Below are positions 8,621-18,472 of a stretch of 64,000 nucleotides of DNA, in pieces. The DNA comes from Candidatus Woesebacteria bacterium. GTDB lineage: Bacteria; Patescibacteriota; Microgenomatia; UBA8517. The translations under genes were made by a program, and so were the position numbers. Location of the stretch: positions 410,906 through 474,905 of the forward strand of contig CP066686.1 in the NCBI GenBank assembly GCA_016432365.1, in the 5' to 3' direction. The notes below the pieces were generated by a model. It worked only from the letters and a program-made list of their open reading frames with translations, made no database searches and was not told where the DNA came from. Each line of letters opens with the position of its first letter. The first letter of the stretch is position 1.

Positions 8621-9518
8621 GGCAACCAGAATTGAAAATAAAAGTTTTGGCGGAGGAATATATCTATTGATATCTGCTCTAATTTACGGTTTGTATGGAG
8701 TTTATTCAAGATTTATAGGTGCGAGTTTTGGGTCGTTTTCCCAAAGTTGGGTAAGGTCTTTTATAGTTTTAATGATTGTGGTCGTTTTGTTGTTGGTTAA
8801 GAAATTTGAATGGAAGCGGATAGAGAGAAAAGATATAAAGTGGTTTTTGATTTGGATTATACCCACCTCTATTCAACCAGTCATAACATTCACTGCTTTC
8901 AATCATTTACCATTGGCTACAACTTATTTTTTGATTTATTCAACAATGATTTTTGGCGGCGTTTTGTCAGGTAAAATATTTTTCTCGGAAAAATTTAATT
9001 TTGCCAAAGGACTATCATTTTTGTTCATTTTCGTTGGTCTCGTGCTTATATACGGGTCCGATATCAGCTTGGCGACAAATATCTACGTTGTTTTGGCACT
9101 TATATCTGGCTTATTGGTTGGGTTTTGGAATACTCTTACAAAAAAAGTATCCACTCAATATTCGGAATTCCAGATGATGAGTCTCGACCAATTTGCGACA
9201 ATGATTGTTTGTGGGATCGGGGCATTTTTCTTTAGGGAGACTCTACCTCCTCCATCAAATATAAACGCCTGGTTTTGGATTATTGTTTTTGCAGTATCCG
9301 GAGTAGTTACTGTATTTTTCTTGATCAGGGGTTTCAAATATGTGGAAGCCCAAGTCGGTAGTCTTATTCTTCCCATGGAAATTGTTTTTGCTTCAATTTT
9401 TGGACTCTTAATTTTTGGAGAAGTTTTAAAACTCAATACGTATTTGGGAGGATTGTTCATTGTTTTTGCCGCCATCTTGCCGGCGATAGGAAATAAAATA
9501 TTGGGTGAGCGGAAGTGA
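8619..9518 (+). CDS. EamA/DMT-superfamily transporter. ORF-track start TTG 8613.
   Basis: 10 predicted TM helices in a duplicated 5+5 pattern. ATG lies 8 nt after the repeat-borne TATAAT. Confidence 0.65.
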   Translation: MATRIENKSFGGGIYLLISALIYGLYGVYSRFIGASFGSFSQSWVRSFIVLMIVVVLLLVKKFEWKRIERKDIKWFLIWIIPTSIQPVITFTAFNHLPLATTYFLIYSTMIFGGVLSGKIFFSEKFNFAKGLSFLFIFVGLVLIYGSDISLATNIYVVLALISGLLVGFWNTLTKKVSTQYSEFQMMSLDQFATMIVCGIGAFFFRETLPPPSNINAWFWIIVFAVSGVVTVFFLIRGFKYVEAQVGSLILPMEIVFASIFGLLIFGEVLKLNTYLGGLFIVFAAILPAIGNKILGERK

Positions 9519-9557
9519 AAAAAAATTTGATATATTGTGAAAGATATTTTTAACAAA

Positions 9558-10067
9558 ATGGAAAACAAAAACAGTTTGTATGTAGGTATTTTTCTTGTAA
9601 TGCTTGCCCTTGCCGGGGGAATTTATATTTTTTCGACTAAAAATTTGAATAATAATCAACCCTTGGCAACTGCCACCCCATCCGTTACAATTGGGCCTTC
9701 GGCAGAGCCGATAGCGACAAGCTCAGCTAATCCAAAAATGGAAAACAAATTAATAATAGTAGACGAAGTAATAGGAGCAGGTGCAGAAGCAGTTAGTGGC
9801 AAAAAGATAACTGTGAATTATTCCGGGACTCTTACAGATGGAACAAAATTTGATAGTTCCTACGACCGCGGTGTTCCTTTTTCCTTCAATTTGGGTTCAG
9901 GTGAGGTCATTCAAGGTTGGGATCAGGGTTTTGCCGGTATGAAAGTCGGCGGAAAAAGAAAATTAACAATTCCTTCAGACTTAGCTTACGGCCCCAACGG
10001 CATTCCGGGAGCAATTCCCGGCGGCGCCACTTTGATTTTTGAAGTGGAGCTTTTGAAGGTTGAGTAA
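9558..10067 (+). CDS. FKBP-type peptidyl-prolyl cis-trans isomerase with N-terminal membrane anchor.
   Basis: FKBP core GKKITVNYSGTLTDGTKFDSSYDRGVPFSFNLGSGEVIQGWDQG...GATLIFEVELL. ORF-track GTG 9537 abuts a TATATT box, so ATG 9558 is preferred. Confidence 0.85.
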   Translation: MENKNSLYVGIFLVMLALAGGIYIFSTKNLNNNQPLATATPSVTIGPSAEPIATSSANPKMENKLIIVDEVIGAGAEAVSGKKITVNYSGTLTDGTKFDSSYDRGVPFSFNLGSGEVIQGWDQGFAGMKVGGKRKLTIPSDLAYGPNGIPGAIPGGATLIFEVELLKVE

Positions 10068-10068
10068 A

Positions 10069-10326
10069 CTATTCTTCAATAATATCTGTAGCGTTAAAAT
10101 ATCCTGAATTGAAGTTTTGGCTTAAGTTTTCAAGGAAAATTTTTCCGTCCTTCGGAAACACCTTTTCTGGTGTTTCTGCAGCGTAATTTATAATGCCTTC
10201 ACTGTTCAGATTTGCGACAAGACCGCTGTCCCCGTCACATTTAACAGAGTTGTTTTCAAGCACGCAAGTACAAATCACTTTCTGTGACCCGTCATTTTCC
10301 AGTTTGTATATTAATACTTTGGCCAT
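10069..10326 (-). CDS. Hypothetical small protein, 85 aa; last gene of a 3-gene minus operon.
   Basis: ORF overlapping the upstream gene by 16 nt, which suggests translational coupling. Confidence 0.4.
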   Translation of the reverse strand: MAKVLIYKLENDGSQKVICTCVLENNSVKCDGDSGLVANLNSEGIINYAAETPEKVFPKDGKIFLENLSQNFNSGYFNATDIIEE

Positions 10327-11120
10327 ATTGATTCCGTCGATCCAGGATGATAAGTAAAATCATTCATATCGTCCCAGCTAATTTTACCGCGAGCAAGAAA
10401 TTTGTTTGCTTGATTAATTCTGGCAAACATTGCGTCAATTGTTTTGCCCGGAACAAGTTCTTCTAAAGCCTCTCTTAACCTGTTTTGCTTTTCGTCACTC
10501 GTTAGAAAACTGTCATACTGTTTTGCTAAAGTAGTTGGGATGAGTCTGCCTGCTACCATTTTTGATAAATTCTCGGGTATCCATCCTCGGAGCCACTCGT
10601 TGAACGAAACCCCATTGTCAATTGCAATAACCCGACGGTCTTTTATAAATAAGTTTTCCGGTTTCCTGTCTTTATTCCAGACAACATAGTCGAAAATAGC
10701 GATTTCAAACAACTGGCCCCTTACAGCTTCTTTTTCCCCGTCTCCAGTTTCCCTAAGTGTTCGTTTTGGATCCGGAATAAAATCCTGAATACTCCCCTCA
10801 GCCCCATTGATTGTTCTAATTATTGTAGGGGGAACAAGTCCCGGGTGTAGTGCTTTTGATACAAGATATGCGGCCCGTTCCCTTTTATATAACAAACGAT
10901 GCGATTCGGGAAATTCCCATAAGGTGTCTTCACCCCTGCCCGGTTTAAAAACTCCATTTCCATCCCCTCCAAAATATATCAGCTGTACGATATTACTTCC
11001 CCCAATCAAATTTTTTGTTCTACCCTCATCAATAGGAAGAGTTAAGAGTTCCGTTTCTCTTGAGTCTGAAATAGCTAGTATGTCGGGATTTTGAGGGAGA
11101 TCTCTTGGGAGCGCGTCCAT
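10311..11120 (-). CDS. Protein-kinase-like fold protein (atypical, ePK/PI3K-like catalytic motifs).
   Basis: NKDRKPENLFI resembles the ePK catalytic loop HRDLKPEN. IAIDNG lies 17 residues later in the position of DFG. A Gly-rich stretch GGDGNGVFKP is near the N-terminus. Confidence 0.5.
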   Translation of the reverse strand: MDALPRDLPQNPDILAISDSRETELLTLPIDEGRTKNLIGGSNIVQLIYFGGDGNGVFKPGRGEDTLWEFPESHRLLYKRERAAYLVSKALHPGLVPPTIIRTINGAEGSIQDFIPDPKRTLRETGDGEKEAVRGQLFEIAIFDYVVWNKDRKPENLFIKDRRVIAIDNGVSFNEWLRGWIPENLSKMVAGRLIPTTLAKQYDSFLTSDEKQNRLREALEELVPGKTIDAMFARINQANKFLARGKISWDDMNDFTYHPGSTESIWPKY

Positions 11121-11126
11121 TTAAAT

Positions 11127-11630
11127 TTACTTTCCTTCTCTTTTTTCTCGGGATTTTTCTACCAATTCTCTTATACCATTACGCTGAAGAGCAAGAAGTT
11201 TAATATTGCCATCAGAGCTTAGTCGAACTCTTTCAAAAGCCCTTACAAATTCCATGTCACCCTGTATCCTAATAAGTTCATCTACATCTGAGGGCAAATC
11301 GGAACCACACCAAGAGTCCCTAATTTTATCAAAAACCTCCCCAGTCATTACCTGAGGTCCTGCAATTGCCCTGAGAAGTACTGAAAAAACAGGGTCAACA
11401 TTTCCGCGAAAATTAACATCGCCCCTCATCAAATATTCCGGGGTCAACTCGTCCATGTGGTCGCTCATAACGGTAATGTATTCTTTAACCACCTCATCCG
11501 CTCTATCTTCCCACTGCGATGGAGTTGCATCCCAACTCAACCTATTCATAAATCTATTGAAATGCCTGTCAGCTAGGGTTAACTTGTCCAGAAAAGAATC
11601 TTGTCTGCTTTCCTCGTAAAAATGATCCAT
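11127..11630 (-). CDS. Hypothetical protein, 167 aa; first gene of the operon.
   Basis: ATG lies 8 nt downstream of a TTGACA-N17-TAGATT promoter, so the transcript is leaderless. Confidence 0.5.
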   Translation of the reverse strand: MDHFYEESRQDSFLDKLTLADRHFNRFMNRLSWDATPSQWEDRADEVVKEYITVMSDHMDELTPEYLMRGDVNFRGNVDPVFSVLLRAIAGPQVMTGEVFDKIRDSWCGSDLPSDVDELIRIQGDMEFVRAFERVRLSSDGNIKLLALQRNGIRELVEKSREKREGK

Positions 11631-11667
11631 TGATAATCAATCTAAAATATTCAATTTCGAATGTCAA
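11631..11667 (-). promoter_or_regulatory. Sigma70-like promoter TTGACA-N17-TAGATT for the 11630-10069 operon.
   Basis: rc of 11662-11667 = TTGACA. Two TTCGAA palindromes in the divergent intergenic region may be operators. Confidence 0.4.
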
Positions 11668-11721
11668 GATCTAATAACCATCGGTATTCACAAATACTCA
11701 ATTTGTCAGATTCGAAACTTC

Positions 11722-13986
11722 TTGACCGTTAAGTGGAAAAAGATGTTTAAAAAGAATAAAATTCTAATTGCTGGTAATAAAAAAATGGAAACAAGACTAC
11801 CTGTACGAGATCGAATCATTCCCAGAACGCTTGATGTGTTGACTCAACCAATTCGAAGCGGTTTGGATTACGGTTTGCATAAAGTTACGCGTGGTAAATA
11901 TAAGGCCGATCTCGAATTATATTTCGGCCCCCATGAACACAAGTCAGAGATTGATAAAGGTTTACATGATACTGCGCAGGTCCTTACCGACATCGATGAA
12001 AAACTTGCGGGTGGGAGCGAATTCATAGGCGATAAGTTTGAGGTTTGGAAAAAGGTAAAAACCGAACTGGAGGATCATGTTGGCTTAAAAATAACCGACC
12101 AAGTTTTGATAGACCGGAAAGGTGGCAACCATGTTCTATTTGCAGAAAAGGACGACAAAATTGTCCCCATATTTCTATCGGGAGTATCAACCGAGGGCGA
12201 CACGAGAAGTCTTTTTGGCATCGGCAATGAGTATCCAAAAGAAGCAAATACCTCAGAGAACGTAGCCAGAGAATTGACAATATTCAAAATAATGGAGGCC
12301 GAGGCCTTAGAACCGGAAAATTATAAATTGAGAAAGGTTGATTCGGTTGCAAATGATTTTGAACTACGGAGGCATGCACTTTTTGAAAGAGAAGGTGATG
12401 AGTTTGAAGCAATAAGAGCTCAAGGCGCCCTAAGTATAGGCGAGCTGCAAACTGTTTCCAGGCTTTTGCTTTTTGGGGGAATAACTTTTGAAGAAGGAGA
12501 AGTAAGAACAAGTCCGTCACTTGAAGACATTTGGATTAAAACAAGGATGATCTCCATGGGCGAAAATGTGGATACAAAAACAGCTCAGGCAGTAGCTCAA
12601 AAAGAAATTGCTCAATTCGCTAAGGAGGTCGTTTATTTTCGTTTGGCCCAACAATATTTTGTAGAACACCCCGACGTGACCAGAGAATTTATGAAATCGG
12701 AATACTACCTCCAACATCGAAAAGATTTTATAAATTCGCATCTTGCTGCCCGTGGCCAAACGGAAGAAAAAATTGCCGAAGCTATGCTTGCGAATTATTG
12801 TCTTGCAAGGTTCGAAAAAACAGACATAGAAAATTCTCCATCCCAAAAATACATTAAGGATAAAGAAGGCTTCATGGGGGATATTGACAACTTTTTGACA
12901 GGTTTGGGTGTCTTTGTCCCGGGTGAAATTAGAGATTTAGCTACAGAGCTAAAAGGAGCCTTAGTCAATAAAGTTATAAGCTACAATCAAAGATATGTTG
13001 CCCTGGCCGAGGCCAAACGATCTTTAGAGAAGGTTGCAAATGAAATATGGCGCCACAAAGAAACACGGAAAATATTTGATCGATTGGTACAGCTGTCTCC
13101 ATTTGATTTTGTCGATGATAAAGAAAAACCGGTAAAAGTATTCAGAGTGATTATTGGTAATTTAGGTCTTGCCAAGGTTCCAGGTGAGGGTAAATTCACA
13201 ATGTCGAGCTATTTACCAAAAGTTCCATATTATCCGGAAGGCAGTGAGGTTTTGCCGTTCGATCCCGAAAAGGCAAGACACGCAAAAATTATCGATTCGA
13301 TAAAGTGTATATTTGACGGGAGTGTTTTGCCGCCAAGCGGTTCTGGTGAAAAGGCTAGCGCATATGAATCTCAGGTGACGAGAATTTATACGGAAGGAAC
13401 CACGATTTTAAGATTTTTGACTGAAGATCCGAGAATCCCTGATAACGTTAGGGAATTTGTACAAGCAATAACAAGCGACAATCTTGGCCAAAAAATTCTG
13501 GAACGTTATGGTCCGGTTAGCGATCAAGATCCTCAAATAGTCAACAGGTTTTTTAAAGACGGCTTCGACCGTTTTCAGACAATGATAACCCATCGTTATG
13601 TCACCGATTTTGTTAGAGGAGTCGAAACAAATTTAATACTTCTTACGGGGGGCACAGGGGATAAAGTAAGCAGGCAATTTATGGGGGATTGGAAGAATTT
13701 TGATTTTTCTCAATTACCGGATGAAGTTGTAGATAAAGCGATTGAGATGACACTCGCGGACGGCAAACACAGACTTGAGCTACTTAACCATGAGACGTCG
13801 GAAAGAACAACGCTAAAAGATAAGCAGGAACTTTTGGAAAAAGTTTTCGGTTGGAATACTTACGATATGTGGTTTTTGAGATGGGAGAAATTCTGGAATG
13901 TTTGGAATACTTTGGGGGGCGCTTGGGACTGTATATGTTTTATGAGAAAACCGATATTTAACCCTGGCACCATCAAGCAATTTTGA
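11722..13986 (+). CDS. Large hypothetical cytoplasmic protein, about 750 aa; start uncertain (11722 TTG, 11743 ATG or 11782 ATG).
   Basis: Long ORF divergent from the kinase-like operon. No P-loop or other recognised motif. Confidence 0.55.
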   Translation: MTVKWKKMFKKNKILIAGNKKMETRLPVRDRIIPRTLDVLTQPIRSGLDYGLHKVTRGKYKADLELYFGPHEHKSEIDKGLHDTAQVLTDIDEKLAGGSEFIGDKFEVWKKVKTELEDHVGLKITDQVLIDRKGGNHVLFAEKDDKIVPIFLSGVSTEGDTRSLFGIGNEYPKEANTSENVARELTIFKIMEAEALEPENYKLRKVDSVANDFELRRHALFEREGDEFEAIRAQGALSIGELQTVSRLLLFGGITFEEGEVRTSPSLEDIWIKTRMISMGENVDTKTAQAVAQKEIAQFAKEVVYFRLAQQYFVEHPDVTREFMKSEYYLQHRKDFINSHLAARGQTEEKIAEAMLANYCLARFEKTDIENSPSQKYIKDKEGFMGDIDNFLTGLGVFVPGEIRDLATELKGALVNKVISYNQRYVALAEAKRSLEKVANEIWRHKETRKIFDRLVQLSPFDFVDDKEKPVKVFRVIIGNLGLAKVPGEGKFTMSSYLPKVPYYPEGSEVLPFDPEKARHAKIIDSIKCIFDGSVLPPSGSGEKASAYESQVTRIYTEGTTILRFLTEDPRIPDNVREFVQAITSDNLGQKILERYGPVSDQDPQIVNRFFKDGFDRFQTMITHRYVTDFVRGVETNLILLTGGTGDKVSRQFMGDWKNFDFSQLPDEVVDKAIEMTLADGKHRLELLNHETSERTTLKDKQELLEKVFGWNTYDMWFLRWEKFWNVWNTLGGAWDCICFMRKPIFNPGTIKQF

Positions 13987-14519
13987 TGAAGTTTTTTAAA
14001 AGATACACGAAAGTTTGGGGGATATTAATTGCTGTATTAATTTCCCTGTTAATTTTTATCTTCCGGGACAAGCTTGCCGGCCTTCAGACTTATGGCTTTT
14101 TTGGTCTTTTCTTGCTAAACATAGTTGGTAGCGCAACATTGTTTTTACCCACCCCACTTTTTTTATCGGCATTTGTTGCTGGTTCAATTTATAACCCAAT
14201 TTTAGTGGCAATAGTAGCGTCAGCCGGTTCGGCTATTGGGGAACTTACCGGGTATCTGGCCGGTTATGGGGCGGAGGATATTTTGGAAAAAGACATAAAA
14301 GTCCAAAAGATTAAAGGGTGGATGAAAAAGCGAGGCTTTTTGACTCTTTTTTTGTTGGCGGCAATTCCAAATCCGGTATTTGACATGGCTGGGTTTGTAG
14401 CCGGGGCAACAGATGTTTCGGTTAAAAAGTACCTAATCGCTGTTTGGTTGGGAAAACTTGTTAAATTTTCTGTGATATCGTATGCCGGAGCGAGCTCGCT
14501 GGCATTATTTGGAGTATAA
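13983..14519 (+). CDS. DedA/YqaA (SNARE-associated TVP38) family membrane protein.
   Basis: Conserved pattern LPTPLF ... G..IGELTGYLAGYG. Confidence 0.6.
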   Translation: MMKFFKRYTKVWGILIAVLISLLIFIFRDKLAGLQTYGFFGLFLLNIVGSATLFLPTPLFLSAFVAGSIYNPILVAIVASAGSAIGELTGYLAGYGAEDILEKDIKVQKIKGWMKKRGFLTLFLLAAIPNPVFDMAGFVAGATDVSVKKYLIAVWLGKLVKFSVISYAGASSLALFGV

Positions 14520-14526
14520 TCTGGCC

Positions 14527-14769
14527 ATGAGTGAAGCCCAATTTGATCCGGACAAAATCAGATTAAGTTTAATAAATGATGCCTATAAACGTGGCATGAG
14601 ATATGGACAGATAACCCCAGATATGCAGATTGCACAGTGGATGGCAATCGGTTTAAAACGTTTGGAAGAAGGTAAAATTCTTACATCCGAAGCATTGGAA
14701 GCTATAGACAGAATGGGCGGAACCGATCACCCCGATCCGTTTATCGATCCCCGAAGGAAATTAATCTAG
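14527..14769 (+). CDS. Hypothetical small protein.
   Basis: ORF only; the ORF-track start 14482 overlaps the upstream gene. Confidence 0.3.
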   Translation: MSEAQFDPDKIRLSLINDAYKRGMRYGQITPDMQIAQWMAIGLKRLEEGKILTSEALEAIDRMGGTDHPDPFIDPRRKLI

Positions 14770-14789
14770 TTTGATGCTAAAATCTCCTC

Positions 14790-15890
14790 GTGGCCAAAAA
14801 ATACTTTAAATCGAAAAATGGGGACATTTCCCTTCCTGTTTTTTTTCCAGATGCTACGCGTGCCGTTGTAAGATCAATTGATACAACAGATCTGGAAAGT
14901 ACCAAAACTCCGGGGATTTTAGTCAACACCTTTCATTTGTGGCAGGGACTTGGAAAAGATGTCCTGAAAAGGTTTGGCGGAGTTCGTGAACTTATGGATT
15001 ACAAAGGAGGGGTAATTTCCGATTCCGGCGGATTTCAGGTTATGTCTGTTATTAAATCCGGGCAGCTAAAAGGCAAAATTACGGATGAGGGAGCCGTGTT
15101 TTACCCGTCACAAAATAAAAAGAAGATTCTTACACCCGAAAAATCTATCGAATTTCAGATGACCCTTAAAACCGATATGGTGGTTGTACTGGATGACTTT
15201 ACCGATCCTAAATCAAATTACGATGAGGCTAAGATATCTGTAGAAAGAACTCTGGATTGGGCCAAGCGGAGTAAAAACGAATTCGATAAAATTTGCAAGG
15301 ACAGAAAGCTCTCGATTGATGCGCGCCCCTATATTTTGGGAGTGGTACAGGGAGGAAAATTTCAAGATTTAAGGGAGTACTGCACCAAAGAACTGGTAAA
15401 AATAGGATTTGACGGTTTGGGTTATGGGGGTTGGCCGATTACGGAAGAGGGGAGTTTTGATTACGATTCCGCAAAATCTATTGCCAACAATGTTCCGGAG
15501 GACTATTTTCTCTATGGACTTGGAGTGGGCAAACCCAACGAAGTCGTTGAATGTTCTAAATTAGGTTTCAATATTTTTGATTGTGTTTTGCCTACACGCG
15601 ACGGCAGGCACGGAAGGCTGTATGTTTACAATGCAACATCAATAAAAGGAATTGACGTTTTTGCCCCGAAAATTTATTCGTTTTTTACTCCGAGCAAGGA
15701 AGTTTATTATAAAGATACATCTCCGGTCAGCCTTGCTTGTGATTGTCTACTTTGTACCCGCTATTCAAGGGCATATCTTGCTCATTTATTTAAAATCGGA
15801 GATTTTACAGCTGGGCGCTTGGCCACCATCCACAATCTTCGTTTTTACTCCATTTTGATGGAGAAGATTGGAGAAAAACTTCGGGGTTGA
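14790..15890 (+). CDS. tgt: tRNA-guanine transglycosylase (queuine tRNA-ribosyltransferase family).
   Basis: DSGGFQ substrate motif. Zinc site CDCLLCTRYSRAYLAHL (CxCxxC...H). Confidence 0.8.
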   Translation: MAKKYFKSKNGDISLPVFFPDATRAVVRSIDTTDLESTKTPGILVNTFHLWQGLGKDVLKRFGGVRELMDYKGGVISDSGGFQVMSVIKSGQLKGKITDEGAVFYPSQNKKKILTPEKSIEFQMTLKTDMVVVLDDFTDPKSNYDEAKISVERTLDWAKRSKNEFDKICKDRKLSIDARPYILGVVQGGKFQDLREYCTKELVKIGFDGLGYGGWPITEEGSFDYDSAKSIANNVPEDYFLYGLGVGKPNEVVECSKLGFNIFDCVLPTRDGRHGRLYVYNATSIKGIDVFAPKIYSFFTPSKEVYYKDTSPVSLACDCLLCTRYSRAYLAHLFKIGDFTAGRLATIHNLRFYSILMEKIGEKLRG

Positions 15891-15927
15891 CATATTGAGA
15901 TATTTGAGCTTATACTTCGGCACTTAC

Positions 15928-16596
15928 ATGGAAGACGGTCAAAATACAGGAAATAGTCAGGTTCAAGCTCCACCTCAGGAAACTTTATCTCCGAATGTGT
16001 CTTTTCCAACTGTTGGTCAACCTCAAAAAGGGGGCGGTGCCAAGACTCTTCTTGTTGTCGGTATTCTAGTCTTGGTGGCGATTTTGGGTTTTGTGATTTA
16101 TAAAAGTGCAACCAGTAAAGGCGAGGCCTTGGCCGAGCCCACTCCTATCGAAAATCAAATAGTCGGAAATCAGGATGTAAATACAGATACACCCACGCCT
16201 GTCGCAACAGCCAAACCTATTGATAAAACCCAGGTTTCGATCCAAATTCAAAATGGCACAGGTATTACAGGAGAGGCCGCCTACCTTCAAACTGCTCTTA
16301 AAGATTTGGGATATACAGATGTTAAGGTTGGAAATGCAGGCGATCAGACAGCTTCGGTTACGGTTGTTACTTTTAGTAGCTCTCTTGATTCGGCAGCCGT
16401 CAGCGAGTTAACTCTAAAACTTAATTCTATTTACCAGAATGTTACCGTTAAAACCTCAAGCACACAGACATTTGATGTAGTAGTTGTTACAGGACTAAGG
16501 AAAGGTACAACTGCAAAGCCTTCTGCCTCACCTTCACCCAAACCAAGCACCTCTCCAAGCGTAAGTCCTAGCACATCTCCAACTGGAACTCAATAG
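15928..16596 (+). CDS. Membrane-anchored LytR_C (cell-envelope-associated attenuator C-terminal) domain protein with Ser/Pro-rich tail.
   Basis: TM anchor, then VSIQIQNGTGITGEAAYLQTALKDLGY typical of the LytR_C domain. The ORF-track start 15868 overlaps tgt. Confidence 0.5.
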   Translation: MEDGQNTGNSQVQAPPQETLSPNVSFPTVGQPQKGGGAKTLLVVGILVLVAILGFVIYKSATSKGEALAEPTPIENQIVGNQDVNTDTPTPVATAKPIDKTQVSIQIQNGTGITGEAAYLQTALKDLGYTDVKVGNAGDQTASVTVVTFSSSLDSAAVSELTLKLNSIYQNVTVKTSSTQTFDVVVVTGLRKGTTAKPSASPSPKPSTSPSVSPSTSPTGTQ

Positions 16597-16701
16597 TTTC
16601 ACACCGTCCCACAGCCTGTGAAAACTCGTGTGAAACAAGCCTTAGAAGCGAAGTCCCCCGAAGCGGAACATTTTTCGCGAAGGGGGAAAATAATTATCCT
16701 G

Positions 16702-16722
16702 TGATACAATTATTTTGCCGTG
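16702..16722 (+). promoter_or_regulatory. Extended -10 TGaTACAAT, 9 nt upstream of GTG start 16720.
   Basis: Same TGn-TAnAAT-N9-start pattern as at 6561 and 8602. Confidence 0.35.
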
Positions 16723-17169
16723 CAACAGTTTTCCCAGATCTTAAGTTTTATCAGCCGGAGCTTTAATTTAAATCTCGGCAAGTTTTCTATCCCTGTAACT
16801 TATTGGGAGGTAGGCGCAATAATTTTTCTCATTTTCCTTTTAATTTTGAGTATGGCTCAGTTTAGACGCCATTATGTGGACTATGGTCTCAAGGGGGGTA
16901 TTTTCGGTGTGGTTATTGGATTCCTACTGGCCTTAGTTTTGGAAGGATTTTTGATTGTCGGGGGCAAAACCGCCGTGACTGAGTTTTTAGGCTGGAAAAA
17001 CGCTCCAAAGCCTTTGCAGGTAGCCTTAGATGCCGGCAAAACCCAACTTATTCAGGTTTTGGGAGTAAGTAGTCCGGACAACTCCACATTCCAGGGTGCT
17101 TTGGAAAATATTCAGACTTTAAGCCCCGCGGACCTCAAAAAGGTCAAAAGCCTCATCTGCCAACCCTGA
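16720..17169 (+). CDS. Hypothetical membrane protein, 149 aa.
   Basis: Two TM helices then a soluble tail; GTG start. Confidence 0.45.
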   Translation: MQQFSQILSFISRSFNLNLGKFSIPVTYWEVGAIIFLIFLLILSMAQFRRHYVDYGLKGGIFGVVIGFLLALVLEGFLIVGGKTAVTEFLGWKNAPKPLQVALDAGKTQLIQVLGVSSPDNSTFQGALENIQTLSPADLKKVKSLICQP

Positions 17170-17206
17170 CCCATAGTTTGACTTTCTGGTGTGTTTTTGA
17201 TATAAT
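17170..17206 (+). promoter_or_regulatory. Sigma70 promoter cccatagtTTGACT-N17-TATAAT.
   Basis: TTGACT 17178-17183; TATAAT 17201-17206. The cccatag upstream element matches the promoters at 1550, 2333 and 18610. About 95-nt leader with AGGAGG RBS before GTG 17300. Confidence 0.55.
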
Positions 17207-17299
17207 AGCCCTTCGTTGTTAGTTTTTCGTTGTTAAGTACATTAACAGCTTCAAGAGAAAATAATTCAAATTCAACACTTACCTTGAAAGGAGGCAAAA

Positions 17300-18472
17300 G
17301 TGAACGAAAGATTTAGAGTCAACTTGTTTGACTGTACCAATTGCGGAACGACCAAGATCTATGCATTTCTTCACGAATGTCCTGGTTGCGGAACCCCGAA
17401 TCCTGGCCAAGGTCATTGGTATCCTGGGCCCTATGTGACTGATATCAAAATGTTGCAGCTTGCGGCCAAAGAGCCTTTTTGGAAGTGTTCCCATTGTGAA
17501 GGATCAAACTTCGGAGAAGACAAAAGCAAGGGCTGTCAGCATTGCGGACATGAATACGACCCGAGCGATATCAGCGCAAAAGTTATCCCAGGCGGAACCA
17601 GCCAAACGAACGCTCCAAGGCGTCCGGCTGTGCACGATTCGTCCTATTATGTTCCTGCCGATCTTCCCTCACCCAAGGTCGTTCATTCCAGCCCGAGTTA
17701 TCAGCGGAGCATGGTCAGTTCGCTGCCTAGTTACAAAAGTAGCGGCAGGAGTGGACTGAGGCTTGACGGACAGACGCTTGGAATTGCGGCAGTAATCTTG
17801 GTGATAGTTGCTCTTTTGGGGGCATTTTTGTTCGCCAAGTTTCACACAACTGCACACAATGCTGAGTTTACTGGGCCTTCTTGGACGCGGTCATTCGACG
17901 TTCAACGGTTTGAGGTTGTACATGAATCAGACAGCACATCCAACCCTCCAGCTTCGGCCTACAACATAGATTCTTGGGTTACCACTGAAAAAAAAGAGGT
18001 GACACGGTCGGAGGAATATACAGTTCCAAAAACCTGCCACCATAGTGAAGATTTGGGCAATGGATTTACTCGCGAATGGGACGAAGACTGTAGTTATACT
18101 GCTACAAGACAGGTCTTTGATCACTACGATTACATCGACACAACTCACTACAGTTACGATCACAATGAGTGGGTTTTTTACCGGACTATCAGCGAGAGTC
18201 GAGACAACTTCGAGCCGTTTTGGCCTGCTTACAACCTAAATCTGGAGGGCCAGACTGTTCTCGGCGCTGAAAGAGCGGTGAATTATCGTGAAACCTACAC
18301 GCTCAAATTCGATTGGTACGATAAAGATGAAACCAAATTTACGGCTATTTATAAGGTTTCTGAGGCCGAATGGCACCAGTATGTTGTTGGTGAGTACTAT
18401 CCGATCGAAGTAAATAGCCTGGGTGAAGTCAGGAACAATCCTCTTCAGGATAAACTTAACCCGCCGGAGTAA
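17300..18472 (+). CDS. Double zinc-ribbon membrane protein with an extracytoplasmic C-terminal domain.
   Basis: CxxC...CxxC twice (CTNCG...CPGCG; CSHCEG...CQHCGH), then a Pro/Ser linker, one TM helix and about 200 aa outside. First gene of the higher-GC island. Confidence 0.55.
   Translation: MNERFRVNLFDCTNCGTTKIYAFLHECPGCGTPNPGQGHWYPGPYVTDIKMLQLAAKEPFWKCSHCEGSNFGEDKSKGCQHCGHEYDPSDISAKVIPGGTSQTNAPRRPAVHDSSYYVPADLPSPKVVHSSPSYQRSMVSSLPSYKSSGRSGLRLDGQTLGIAAVILVIVALLGAFLFAKFHTTAHNAEFTGPSWTRSFDVQRFEVVHESDSTSNPPASAYNIDSWVTTEKKEVTRSEEYTVPKTCHHSEDLGNGFTREWDEDCSYTATRQVFDHYDYIDTTHYSYDHNEWVFYRTISESRDNFEPFWPAYNLNLEGQTVLGAERAVNYRETYTLKFDWYDKDETKFTAIYKVSEAEWHQYVVGEYYPIEVNSLGEVRNNPLQDKLNPPE

Noticed and set aside
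12023-12846. Cluster of short minus-strand ORFs inside the 754-aa gene (12023-12280, 12075-12287, 12284-12520, 12517-12846)
   Set aside because: They are tiled antisense frames within a long, well-supported plus-strand ORF. They have no independent start signals.
16597-16700. GC stem (ccccc...ggggg) after the LytR_C gene as a terminator
   Set aside because: The stem is imperfect and is followed by an A-run rather than a T-run on the coding strand. It may still be a weak or minus-oriented structure, but it is not a confident terminator.
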